DNA of 64,000 nt from Syntrophales bacterium. GTDB taxonomy: Bacteria; Desulfobacterota; Syntrophia; Syntrophales; UBA2210. Made by a program: the position numbers and the translations under genes. The stretch is taken from positions 64,001 through 128,000 of the forward strand of contig CAXXKT010000002.1 of NCBI GenBank assembly GCA_963662405.2, in the 5' to 3' direction. Below, one piece after another: positions 8,821 through 17,861 of this stretch. The notes beneath the pieces are model-generated. The model did not search any database, was not told the origin of the DNA, and saw nothing but the letters and a program-made list of their open reading frames with translations. Positions within the stretch are counted from its first letter, which is position 1. Each line of letters begins with the position of its first letter.

Positions 8821-9884
8821 TGGGTTATTTACAGTTGGCATACGGGTGGGTTCGACAGGAAATATTTGCTCAACCGGGAAGAATTATAGCGCTCGTTTTT
8901 TTTACCCTGTTGTTGTCCGCGCCTCTTATTACTCAGGAAGCGCAGTACTTAACCATCATAACTATGGCCACCATTTTTGCCATATTTGCAATGAGTTGGG
9001 ACCTTATTTCCGGAGTGACCGGTCAGCTATCCCTCGGTCATGGTCTTTTTTTCGGGACAGCTGCCTATGCTGCTGCCCTCTTAAATTTACATTTGGGCTG
9101 GCAGCCATGGTTAACCATTCCGGCTGGTGCCATTATGGCATCCTGCTTTGGCGCACTGGTTGCAATTCCGGCATTGCGATTGAGGGGGATATATTTGGGT
9201 CTGGTTACCATGACCTTGCCTTTGATCATGACGGGAATCATCTTTTTGTTCCCCGATTTCACGGGGGGTGAGTTAGGCCTCTACGGTATCCAGAATCTCA
9301 GCGCGTCTCAGAATACCAGTTACTACATTGTAGTGATTGTCTTTTGTGTCGCGGCATTCGTTCTCTACAAATTGAGTGATCCCGAAAGTAAATTCATCAG
9401 AATCGGGATTATTCTGAATGCCATACGAGAGGATGAGATTGCTGCTCGAACCTCTGGAATCGACACGGTCAAATATAAAATTCTCGCTTTTGTTATCAGT
9501 GGTTTCTTTGCCGGCATTGCCGGAGGTCTATACTGCCACTATATCAGACTCGCTGGCCCATCAAATCTGGAATTATTCTTTTCATTTCAAGTCGTTCTCT
9601 GGTCGATATTCGGAAGCGCAGGGACTATCTACGGGGCAGTCGTGGGTGTTTTTGTCCTCTACCCTCTGACCGAGGTGTTGTCGCTCTTTGAACTGGGGGA
9701 CAAAATGCGCTTTATCGTTTTCGACGTTATTCTTATTGTCGCGCTTCTTTTCATGCCTGAAGGGATCAGTATATGGATTCTTGATAAACTCGAAGAGAAG
9801 TGTCCCCGCTGCAAAATCGTCAACGCGTTCTTCCGAAAGAAATGCAGGGCTTGTCGTGCCGTATTGAGGCCGGACCAACAATAA
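8817..9884 (+). CDS. livM: Liv-type ABC permease, LivM-like, with C-terminal Cys4 tail
   Basis: GQLSLGHGLFFG, LRLRGIYLGLVT, AIREDEIAA; C-terminal CPRC-x10-CRAC. Confidence 0.88.
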   Translation: MMGYLQLAYGWVRQEIFAQPGRIIALVFFTLLLSAPLITQEAQYLTIITMATIFAIFAMSWDLISGVTGQLSLGHGLFFGTAAYAAALLNLHLGWQPWLTIPAGAIMASCFGALVAIPALRLRGIYLGLVTMTLPLIMTGIIFLFPDFTGGELGLYGIQNLSASQNTSYYIVVIVFCVAAFVLYKLSDPESKFIRIGIILNAIREDEIAARTSGIDTVKYKILAFVISGFFAGIAGGLYCHYIRLAGPSNLELFFSFQVVLWSIFGSAGTIYGAVVGVFVLYPLTEVLSLFELGDKMRFIVFDVILIVALLFMPEGISIWILDKLEEKCPRCKIVNAFFRKKCRACRAVLRPDQQ

Positions 9885-9902
9885 TGCAAAGGAGGAGAAA
9901 AA

Positions 9903-11600
9903 ATGGCAGGAATATATGAAGAAAGAGTATGGCTAGGGTCTTACAATTCTGGTGTTCCCTCAGATGTTGAAGTTCCCGAGAATGAGTCATTGATTGACCT
10001 GTTCGATAAAGCAACCACTACGTGGGCAAAGAAAACAGCCGTCATCTTTTACGGCAATAAAATAACATTCTCAGAGTTGAGAGACAAGGTTGACCGATTA
10101 GCAAATGCGCTCACCGATATGGGGGTCAAGAAGGGGGATCGCATTGCGATGCTCCTTCTCAATTCTCCAGAATTTATCATCTGTAACTTCGCGGCTTTCA
10201 AAATCGGAGCCGTGCAGACACACATCAGTCCGGTCTACGTATCGGAAGAGATCAGGCATCAGCTTGCTGATAGCGGGGCGGAAACAATTATATGTCAGGA
10301 TATCCTGTACGAAGCCGTCGAGAAAACGGGGATAAAGTTTAAAAATGTTATATTGACTAATATATCGGAATCTTTACCAAAGCTGAAAAAGATGGTGGGA
10401 ACCACCATTCTCAGGGGGGTATATCAGAAAATGGCCGCCCCTTCTCCTGAGATTTACAAAAAAGAAGGGGTGCAGCAGCTCCAGGATCTTTTGGCCAAGT
10501 ATCAGCCGAATCCTCCCAAGGTAACGATCCATACAAAAGAAGATGTGGCCTTGCTCCCCTATACCGGCGGTACAACCGGTGCCCCCAAAGGGGTTATGCT
10601 GACTCATTACAACATAATATCGAATTATTATCAAAACAAGGCAGCCCTCAAGGAGCTTGAGAGTGGAAAAGAAACGGTCGTAGGGTTCATGCCTTTCTAT
10701 CACGCAGCCGGTTCGGCCGTTGTCAACCTTTCCGTATTTAGCGGCTTTAACCTGGTCACCATAACGACCCCCGATATTGACGATATCATTCAGTATCTTG
10801 TCAAATATGGCGCATCGTATTTTATGGCCGCGCCAACCATGTATGAGATGCTGAAGGACCATGAGAAGACGGATCGAGTGAACTGGAAGAAAATGAAAAT
10901 AATCGAATCGGGTGCCGATTCGCTCCACGAGAATACAGCGAGAGACTGGGAAGAGCGAACTGGAACGCAGATCATAGAGGCTTACGGTATGACCGAAACG
11001 GTAGCGCTCGCGCACATTAATCCGAAAGGGAAACAAAAGTACGGTTCCATAGGAGTCCCTGCCCCCAGCACCTATGCTGCAATTCTGGATCCGGATGAAG
11101 ACAAGTTTCTTCCTATCGGAGAAACCGGAGAGTTGGCGATCAGTGGTCCGCAAGTTACCATCGGATATTGGAACAATCCTGAAGTCACAAAGAGTTGTGA
11201 AGCGATCATGGACGGGAGGAGATATTGGCGGACCGGTGATCTTGGAAACATGGATGAAGAGGGTTTTTTCTATATATACGACCGCAAGAGAGATCTGATC
11301 AAATACAAAGGGCTGCGTATCTTTGCCCGTGAAGTCGAGGAAGTTTTAAAGAATCATCCCAGCATCAAGGAGGCGGGCGTCGTGGGAGTAAGCGACCCTG
11401 TGGTAGGCCAAAATGTCAGGGCCGTCATCGTTTTAGAGAGCGATGCAAGGGGGCGGATCACGGAGCAGGAGATCACGGAATATTGTAAAGACAAACTTGC
11501 TCACTACAAGATTCCACGGATCATAGACTTCGTGGGCGAGATTCCGAAAACAGATGTCGGTAAAGTCTCTCGAAGGGAAATCAGAACGGAGGATGAATAG
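9903..11600 (+). CDS. AMP-forming long-chain-fatty-acid/acyl-CoA ligase (FadD-like)
   Basis: YTGGTTGAPKG, AYGMTE, RTGDLG, PKTDVGK. Confidence 0.92.
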   Translation: MAGIYEERVWLGSYNSGVPSDVEVPENESLIDLFDKATTTWAKKTAVIFYGNKITFSELRDKVDRLANALTDMGVKKGDRIAMLLLNSPEFIICNFAAFKIGAVQTHISPVYVSEEIRHQLADSGAETIICQDILYEAVEKTGIKFKNVILTNISESLPKLKKMVGTTILRGVYQKMAAPSPEIYKKEGVQQLQDLLAKYQPNPPKVTIHTKEDVALLPYTGGTTGAPKGVMLTHYNIISNYYQNKAALKELESGKETVVGFMPFYHAAGSAVVNLSVFSGFNLVTITTPDIDDIIQYLVKYGASYFMAAPTMYEMLKDHEKTDRVNWKKMKIIESGADSLHENTARDWEERTGTQIIEAYGMTETVALAHINPKGKQKYGSIGVPAPSTYAAILDPDEDKFLPIGETGELAISGPQVTIGYWNNPEVTKSCEAIMDGRRYWRTGDLGNMDEEGFFYIYDRKRDLIKYKGLRIFAREVEEVLKNHPSIKEAGVVGVSDPVVGQNVRAVIVLESDARGRITEQEITEYCKDKLAHYKIPRIIDFVGEIPKTDVGKVSRREIRTEDE

Positions 11601-11601
11601 G

Positions 11602-12381
11602 ATGGGAACACCCTTCTTGGAAGTAAAGAATGTAACGAAACATTTCGGTGGTATACGGGCACTGGAACAGGTCAGCTTTACAGTCGGCCGCGATGAGATA
11701 GTCGGTCTCATAGGCCCCAACGGTGCGGGTAAATCGACCTGCATCAGAAATATCATGGGTATCTATAAACCCACCTCCGGGACCGTCTCTTTCAAAGGGA
11801 AAAATATAACCGGTCAGATGATCACAAAGACGGTCAATATGGGTATGGCGTGCACCTTTCAGATAGTAAAGCCCTTTCGACATCTTCCCGTGATTTCCAA
11901 TGTCATGGTGTCTTGTCTTTGCGGTCGATCAAAACGAAAAGGGGAATGGGTTAAAACGGTCGAAAGCCGGGCCCATGACGCATTGGAGTTTTGTGGAATC
12001 GCGGATCAGGCTCTTGAATTGGCATCAGTGCTCTCACATGGTGACCTCAAAAGGCTGGAGCTTGCCAGGGCTATTGCCACGGAACCGGAGATTCTCCTTC
12101 TGGATGAACCGTTCGGTGGCCTGAACCCCGCTGAGACAAGATTGGTGGCGGATTCATTGAAACGACTGCACAAGGGAGGGCGCTTTGGTCGTTTGCACAG
12201 TGAAGGTCCAGCCATGCTCATTGTCGAGCATAAACTTTCAGAATTGATGAGAATTGTGGATAGAATTGTTGTCATCAATTTTGGAAAGGTTATTGCAGAG
12301 GGGACTCCTCAAGAGATCGTTAAGAACAAAGAGGTTATAGAAGCTTATATCGGAAAGGAGGTGGCAAAACTTGTATCTTGA
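11602..12381 (+). CDS. livG: Liv-type ABC ATPase, LivG-like
   Basis: GPNGAGKST, LLLDEP, IVEH; GGAGG RBS before ATG 11602. Confidence 0.88.
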   Translation: MGTPFLEVKNVTKHFGGIRALEQVSFTVGRDEIVGLIGPNGAGKSTCIRNIMGIYKPTSGTVSFKGKNITGQMITKTVNMGMACTFQIVKPFRHLPVISNVMVSCLCGRSKRKGEWVKTVESRAHDALEFCGIADQALELASVLSHGDLKRLELARAIATEPEILLLDEPFGGLNPAETRLVADSLKRLHKGGRFGRLHSEGPAMLIVEHKLSELMRIVDRIVVINFGKVIAEGTPQEIVKNKEVIEAYIGKEVAKLVS

Positions 12382-13120
12382 AGTCAAGGATCTCACTGTC
12401 TTGTACGATCGAGCTATGGTTTTGAACAAGGCAAACCTTCGCATTAATGAAGGAGAATTGGTCAGTTTGGTTGGTCCGAATGGAGCGGGAAAGACAACAC
12501 TCCTGCGCGCCATCTCGGGCTTGGTGAAGTGGGAGAAAGAGTCGTTAAAGGGAACCGTATTGGGGAAGATAACCATCGGGGGGAGCGTCATGTTCAACGG
12601 TGAAGAACTGATTCATCTTCCCGCTTCAAAAATAATTCAAAAGGGACTTGTTCTTACCCCGGAGAGAGGCAGACCCTTTAAAGAAATGACCGTCAAGGAG
12701 AATCTGCTTGCCGGTGCTTATTTGATCAAAGACAAAAAACTCATCAAGGAGACGTTGGAACAGGTCTATGAGTTATTCCCGATCTTGCATCAACGGGGGA
12801 ATCAGGTTTCGGGCACGATTTCGGGCGGTGAGCGAACCATGTTGGCCATAGGCAGATCCCTCATGTCTCAAGCGAAGTGTCTCCTTATCGATGAACCATC
12901 GGTTGGGCTCGCGCCTAAGGTAAAAGAAGACATGTTTCAAAGGATAGGAGCCGTTCATGGTCTGGGTATCACGATACTGATGACGGAACAAGACATCAGT
13001 TTCGCTTTTGAACTGTCTGAAAGGAACTACGTCATTTCACAGGGGCAAATCCTGGCGGAGGGGAACCCAGACGAATTACTTGCCGATGAATTGATCAGAA
13101 AGAATTATCTGGGACTATAA
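12371..13120 (+). CDS. livF: Liv-type ABC ATPase, LivF-like
   Basis: GPNGAGKTT, ISGGE, LIDEPSVGLAP, ends YLGL. Confidence 0.88.
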   Translation: MYLEVKDLTVLYDRAMVLNKANLRINEGELVSLVGPNGAGKTTLLRAISGLVKWEKESLKGTVLGKITIGGSVMFNGEELIHLPASKIIQKGLVLTPERGRPFKEMTVKENLLAGAYLIKDKKLIKETLEQVYELFPILHQRGNQVSGTISGGERTMLAIGRSLMSQAKCLLIDEPSVGLAPKVKEDMFQRIGAVHGLGITILMTEQDISFAFELSERNYVISQGQILAEGNPDELLADELIRKNYLGL

Positions 13121-13234
13121 GGGAAGTGGAACGTTTCTTTCATTAATATAGTTGAAGGATAATGAAAAGCGATTCTGTTGAGCATGTCAAATAATTATGC
13201 ATGCGGTGTTAACCCTAAATTATTAAGGAGGAGC

Positions 13235-14593
13235 ATGATGGAAAAGGGAAAATCGTTTTTAAAGCAATGGATGTTTGGGGCGGTAATGTTGGCAGTTTTG
13301 GTGTTTGTGGGGGCCTACAATTCTCAGGCGGAAGAAATTAAGGTCGGTATCATTGGCCCCATGAAGTTTTCTCTCGGAGATCACTCATGGAAGGGGGCAA
13401 CTCTTGCCGCAGACGAAGTAAACGCTGCCGGGGGGATCAAACTGAATGGTAAATCGTATCAGGTAAAACTGGTCCAGGCAGATGATGATTGCATCACCAG
13501 TATTCCCAACGCGGTCAGTGCGATGAAACGACTTGTGAACGTATCGAAGGTCGATTTCATCGTCGGTGGATTCAGATCGGAAGCGGTCCTCGCTCAGCAG
13601 GAGGTGATGGCGGATAACAAGATCATGTACCTCGGTACCGGCGCATCTTCTCCGGCTCTGAATGAGCGACTCAGCAAAGATTTTGATAGATACAAATACT
13701 GGTTCCGAATCGGTAATGGTAATGCGAAAGTAGGCATACCTGGGTGGTTTGGAATGATAGAACCGGTTTTGAGGGCTGTAAGAACGGAACTGGGTATCGA
13801 AAAACCTCGGGTTGCTTTGCTGGTTGATAAATCAAAGTGGGCAGAACCTATTGCCAAGATTGGCGTCGAATTATTTAAAGAAATGGGTTGCGAGGTAGTT
13901 GGTGTCTGGCGACCGAGTGCGACGGCCACAAACGTAAGCGCCGAATTGTCAGCCATCAAATCTGCAAACACACATGTAATTTTTACGCAACTTGCAGGAC
14001 CCTCAGGAAACGCCTTTTCAAGACAGTGGGGTGACCTGAAGATTCCCGCAGCAATGGCCGGAGTGAATCTGGAGGCCGTTAAAGAAGTGGCATGGAAGGC
14101 CACGGGCGGACGGTGCAATTATTTGCTCGTATCCGATGTGGTTGCCACGTCTTCGGAAAAGACAGCCCTTACGAAGCCCTTTTTGGATAAGTTCAAAGAG
14201 AAATTCGGCGAAAGGCCTTTGTATACGGGAAGCGGTGGGTATGATTCTATTTATCTTCTGAAGAAGCTCGTCGAGCAGGCACAATCATTGGATAGTGCGG
14301 TTCTCGTCCCGGCGCTTGAGAAAATGGTCTTTGTCGGTTCGATGGGGACCCTTCAGTTCACGCCTCGTGATATGGTTAACCCTCATGATTTAGTATGGGG
14401 GCCTGGTTACTATTGGGGTGGCATTCAGTGGATCGACGGCACACGGTACGATGTGTGGCCCGATGGACACGAGATACATACTGCCCTCCAGAAACTTGGT
14501 GCTCCCAAGGGATGGGACAAAATAAGGCCTCAGGGAACGAGAGATTACGTTCTGCCTCCTTGGGTGGTGGAATATTGGAAAGACAAAAAATGA
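13235..14593 (+). CDS. Liv-type periplasmic substrate-binding protein
   Basis: Signal peptide, IKVGIIGP, AADEVNAAGGI, GGFRSE; AAGGAGG RBS. Confidence 0.85.
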   Translation: MMEKGKSFLKQWMFGAVMLAVLVFVGAYNSQAEEIKVGIIGPMKFSLGDHSWKGATLAADEVNAAGGIKLNGKSYQVKLVQADDDCITSIPNAVSAMKRLVNVSKVDFIVGGFRSEAVLAQQEVMADNKIMYLGTGASSPALNERLSKDFDRYKYWFRIGNGNAKVGIPGWFGMIEPVLRAVRTELGIEKPRVALLVDKSKWAEPIAKIGVELFKEMGCEVVGVWRPSATATNVSAELSAIKSANTHVIFTQLAGPSGNAFSRQWGDLKIPAAMAGVNLEAVKEVAWKATGGRCNYLLVSDVVATSSEKTALTKPFLDKFKEKFGERPLYTGSGGYDSIYLLKKLVEQAQSLDSAVLVPALEKMVFVGSMGTLQFTPRDMVNPHDLVWGPGYYWGGIQWIDGTRYDVWPDGHEIHTALQKLGAPKGWDKIRPQGTRDYVLPPWVVEYWKDKK

Positions 14594-14613
14594 TTGGGTG
14601 ATATAAATGGTCA

Positions 14614-14656
14614 GCCGAGCGCGCGGTCCTCATGCACGAGGATCTCGCGCTCCGGC
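14614..14656 (+). other. GC-rich intergenic hairpin after the binding-protein gene (mRNA stabiliser or attenuator candidate)
   Basis: GAGCGCG/CGCGCTC and GTCCTC/GAGGAT arms around loop ATGCAC. Confidence 0.55.
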
Positions 14657-14712
14657 AAAGCAGCCGGGTAAAAGATCATATACTCATATTATTATATTGC
14701 GAGAAGGATTAG

Positions 14713-15150
14713 GTGATGGATCAGTTAGACTATAATGCCCAAGCCAAAGACTGGCAGACGCTGAAGCAGGGAGATATTGTATCTTCTTTAACATACCGCG
14801 TGCCTCATGTTGATGTACTGACTTACGAAACCGAAGCAATGGAGGCTTCAGATCCCTGGTATCTGCACGATTCTCCGTACGGCGGGCCTATCGTTCCCCC
14901 GGGGTATTTCTATGGCGAATATCTACGGTTACTGACCGCGGTCAATTTTCCCATGGGGGCCCTGAATGCCAAGCTGTCTTTCCAATCCAAAGGGCACATA
15001 TTGCATGGTGAGCAGGTAACGGTTGTTGGAATCGTTGACAAATTTTACGAGAAGCGTGAGCGGCCATATATGGACTTGGAGGTGATCGTAAAGAATGAGA
15101 AGAACGAAGAAGTCGTAAAGGGATTAGTTACATTGCTTTTGAAAATATGA
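14713..15150 (+). CDS. Hot-dog fold (MaoC N-terminal/FAS1-dehydratase-like) protein
   Basis: DPWYLHDSPYGGPIVPPG motif; beta-rich C-terminal half. Confidence 0.7.
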   Translation: MMDQLDYNAQAKDWQTLKQGDIVSSLTYRVPHVDVLTYETEAMEASDPWYLHDSPYGGPIVPPGYFYGEYLRLLTAVNFPMGALNAKLSFQSKGHILHGEQVTVVGIVDKFYEKRERPYMDLEVIVKNEKNEEVVKGLVTLLLKI

Positions 15151-15169
15151 GGAGGATAGTGGACGTACT

Positions 15170-15586
15170 ATGGATTCCAAGATAACGGGGATAGGATATG
15201 AACTGCCGCCTGTCGTAAAGGAAGTGACCGATGAAACGATATACAATTATTCCATGCGGTACAGTGGCACCTATGTAAAGATGATCCATGTGGACAAGGC
15301 ATCCGCTCAAAGATCCGGATTCGATGGTTTGGTACTGCAAGCTTCGCAAACGCTCGACTTCGCCAACGAGATGCTGTTCAAGGTATATCGCAAGGGAGTA
15401 ATCGATAATTCCAGCATCAAAGCGGTTTTTATAAAACCGGTCTTGTCCGGAGATACGTTAACCATCCAAGGGAAGGTGAAGGACAATAAGACTGAAGGAC
15501 CATACCCTTGTGTCACAGTGGACATATGGGCTGATAATAAATCCAATGAAAAAGTTATGATCGGTGAGGCCGTCATAGCGATCTGA
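15170..15586 (+). CDS. MaoC-family hot-dog fold hydratase-like protein
   Basis: IHVDKASAQRSGFDG, FIKPVLSGDTL. Confidence 0.8.
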   Translation: MDSKITGIGYELPPVVKEVTDETIYNYSMRYSGTYVKMIHVDKASAQRSGFDGLVLQASQTLDFANEMLFKVYRKGVIDNSSIKAVFIKPVLSGDTLTIQGKVKDNKTEGPYPCVTVDIWADNKSNEKVMIGEAVIAI

Positions 15587-15805
15587 GACCAGTTGCAAAT
15601 CATGTAGGGGCTACGCAGTGCTCCTGATGGAGCAGGTTTTTCCTCGTTCCCATTTGTGCACGGGGAAAGTATATAAAAGGCATTTCGGTTGTACCTGGAC
15701 GGCGATTATTGATAATAGTTAATATATTGATGTGGTTACGGGGCAACAGAATGCGCGAAACCACGGTTAGATGCCCCGAGAAGGGTGCCCAAAAGGAGAG
15801 TTTTA

Positions 15806-17662
15806 ATGAGTAACTTATTGGTGAACACAAAGGATCAAGAATTCCTTTTGTACGAACAGTTCGGGATCGAAAAACTTTTTGGTTTTGAAAAATATGCTGA
15901 CTATTCAAAAGATGTCACCAGTATGGTCATGTCGGAGGCGGAAAAGATGGCCGTCGAGGTAATCGCCCCCACGCTGGAAGAAGGTGACAAGGTCGGCGCT
16001 CAGTTCAAGGACGGAAAGGCGTATGCACCAGAGTGCTTTCGGATACCCTATAAGCTTTTTGCCGAAGCGGGATGGAATTGCGCTACGAAGGGCCCGGAAG
16101 TAGGGGGACAGAATATGCCTTCATGTCTCTATACCGCTTGCTGGGAACTATTTGCTGCTGCCAATATGGCCTTTACCATGTATTCCACGCTCACAACCGG
16201 TGCGGCGGGACTGATAGAAAATTTCGGTACCCAGGAACAAAAGAAAAAGTATCTGGCGAAGATGTATTCCGGCCAGTGGAGCGGGACGATGTGTCTTACA
16301 GAACCGGGAGCCGGCAGCGATGTGGGCGCTCTGAGGACAACCGCAAAGAGACTGCCTGATGGCACCTTCGGTATTACGGGGACCAAGTGCTTCATCTCCT
16401 CAGGCGATCACGATTTGTCGGAAAACATCGTTCATCCGGTTCTGGCGAGGATAGAAGGTGACCCGGAGGGTACCAGAGGGATTTCCATCTTTATTGTTCC
16501 TAAATTTCGCATTAACGCCGACGGATCCATGGGTGATTTGAATGATGTTAATACGGGCAACCTGGAGCACAAAATGGGGATTAGGGCGTCGGCCACGGCG
16601 ACACTCAATTTTGGTGAAGACGACCAGTGTATTGGTGAGCTTCTCGGTAATGAGCGTGAAGGTATGATGATCATGTTCCAGATGATGAACGAAGCCCGCT
16701 TGGATGTCGGAGTTCTCGCGCAAAGCGCTTCTTCGGCCGCTTATGAACATGCCGTACAGTATGCCAAGGAAAGGGTCCAAGGCAAGTCGGCCTTGGCCGG
16801 GAAGGATGGACCGATTATTCCCATCATCAAGCATGCACCGGTGAGGCGGAATCTGATGTGGATGAAGGCATATCTCGAGGGGATCAGAGCGCTGAATTAC
16901 TTTACGGCTTTCTGTATTGATGTCTCCGAAGCTTCGGACTCGGAAGAAGAACGGGAACGGTATCATGACTATGCAGATCTCCTGACTCCTATCTGTAAGG
17001 CCTTTTCATCAGACAGGGGTGTCGAGATCTGCTCGAAGGCGATCGACGTGTATGGTGGATATGGGTACTGCCAGGAGTATCCTGTAGAGCAGTATTTGAG
17101 AGATTGTAAAATTACCCAGATTTACGAGGGTACAAACCAAATCCAGGCATTGGATCTTCTGAGCAGAAAACTTGAACAGAACAAAGGTAGAAATTTTGAG
17201 AATCTATTAAAAGATATTAGTTCCACAATCCAAAAGCTTCAAAATATTGAAGAATTGAAGACTGCCAGCGCAAAACTCAAAGAGGCCATGGAAGCTTTGG
17301 GACGCATGCCCTCGATTTTTCGAGAATACTTTGGGACTGGGAACCGAGCGGTGCCGATCCAGAATGCCGAACCCTTCTTGGGGATTATGGGAGATGTCAT
17401 GTGTGGATGGCTCTTGCTTCAGGGTGCAGAAATCGCACTGAAAAAGTTGGATACCCTGTACAAGGTATCCGGATCCGATACGGCTGAAAAACAGGAAAGC
17501 CTGACAGCCACCAATGCCGAAGTTGCCTTCTATCAAGGCAAGGTTGCATCAGCGAAGTTCTTTGCTTTTGAAATCCTTTCCACGATCAAGGTCAGATGCG
17601 ACATCATTCAAGAAGGTGAATTGATACCGGTACAAATTGCGGATCAATCCTTTGCCGTTTGA
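15806..17662 (+). CDS. Acyl-CoA dehydrogenase (~600-aa class)
   Basis: GTMCLTEPGAGSD, GTKCFISSG, EHKMGIRAS, MMNEARL, YGGYGY, IYEGTN. Confidence 0.93.
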   Translation: MSNLLVNTKDQEFLLYEQFGIEKLFGFEKYADYSKDVTSMVMSEAEKMAVEVIAPTLEEGDKVGAQFKDGKAYAPECFRIPYKLFAEAGWNCATKGPEVGGQNMPSCLYTACWELFAAANMAFTMYSTLTTGAAGLIENFGTQEQKKKYLAKMYSGQWSGTMCLTEPGAGSDVGALRTTAKRLPDGTFGITGTKCFISSGDHDLSENIVHPVLARIEGDPEGTRGISIFIVPKFRINADGSMGDLNDVNTGNLEHKMGIRASATATLNFGEDDQCIGELLGNEREGMMIMFQMMNEARLDVGVLAQSASSAAYEHAVQYAKERVQGKSALAGKDGPIIPIIKHAPVRRNLMWMKAYLEGIRALNYFTAFCIDVSEASDSEEERERYHDYADLLTPICKAFSSDRGVEICSKAIDVYGGYGYCQEYPVEQYLRDCKITQIYEGTNQIQALDLLSRKLEQNKGRNFENLLKDISSTIQKLQNIEELKTASAKLKEAMEALGRMPSIFREYFGTGNRAVPIQNAEPFLGIMGDVMCGWLLLQGAEIALKKLDTLYKVSGSDTAEKQESLTATNAEVAFYQGKVASAKFFAFEILSTIKVRCDIIQEGELIPVQIADQSFAV

Positions 17663-17861
17663 TTGCATCGTATCCGGTGGGCTACGCGGTTTCTTGGTCT
17701 TCAGGTGAGAGTTCCTGCGGATAAGGGGGCTCGACAGGACGTGAAACCGTGAGCAACGGTAGCCCTGGTCTTCCGGAAGAAGATGACGGCCCTCGCGTAT
17801 TGGAGAAATAGTAATTTTATAGAATTGTTAATAGAATAGCACTCAGTTAAGGAGATTAGCC

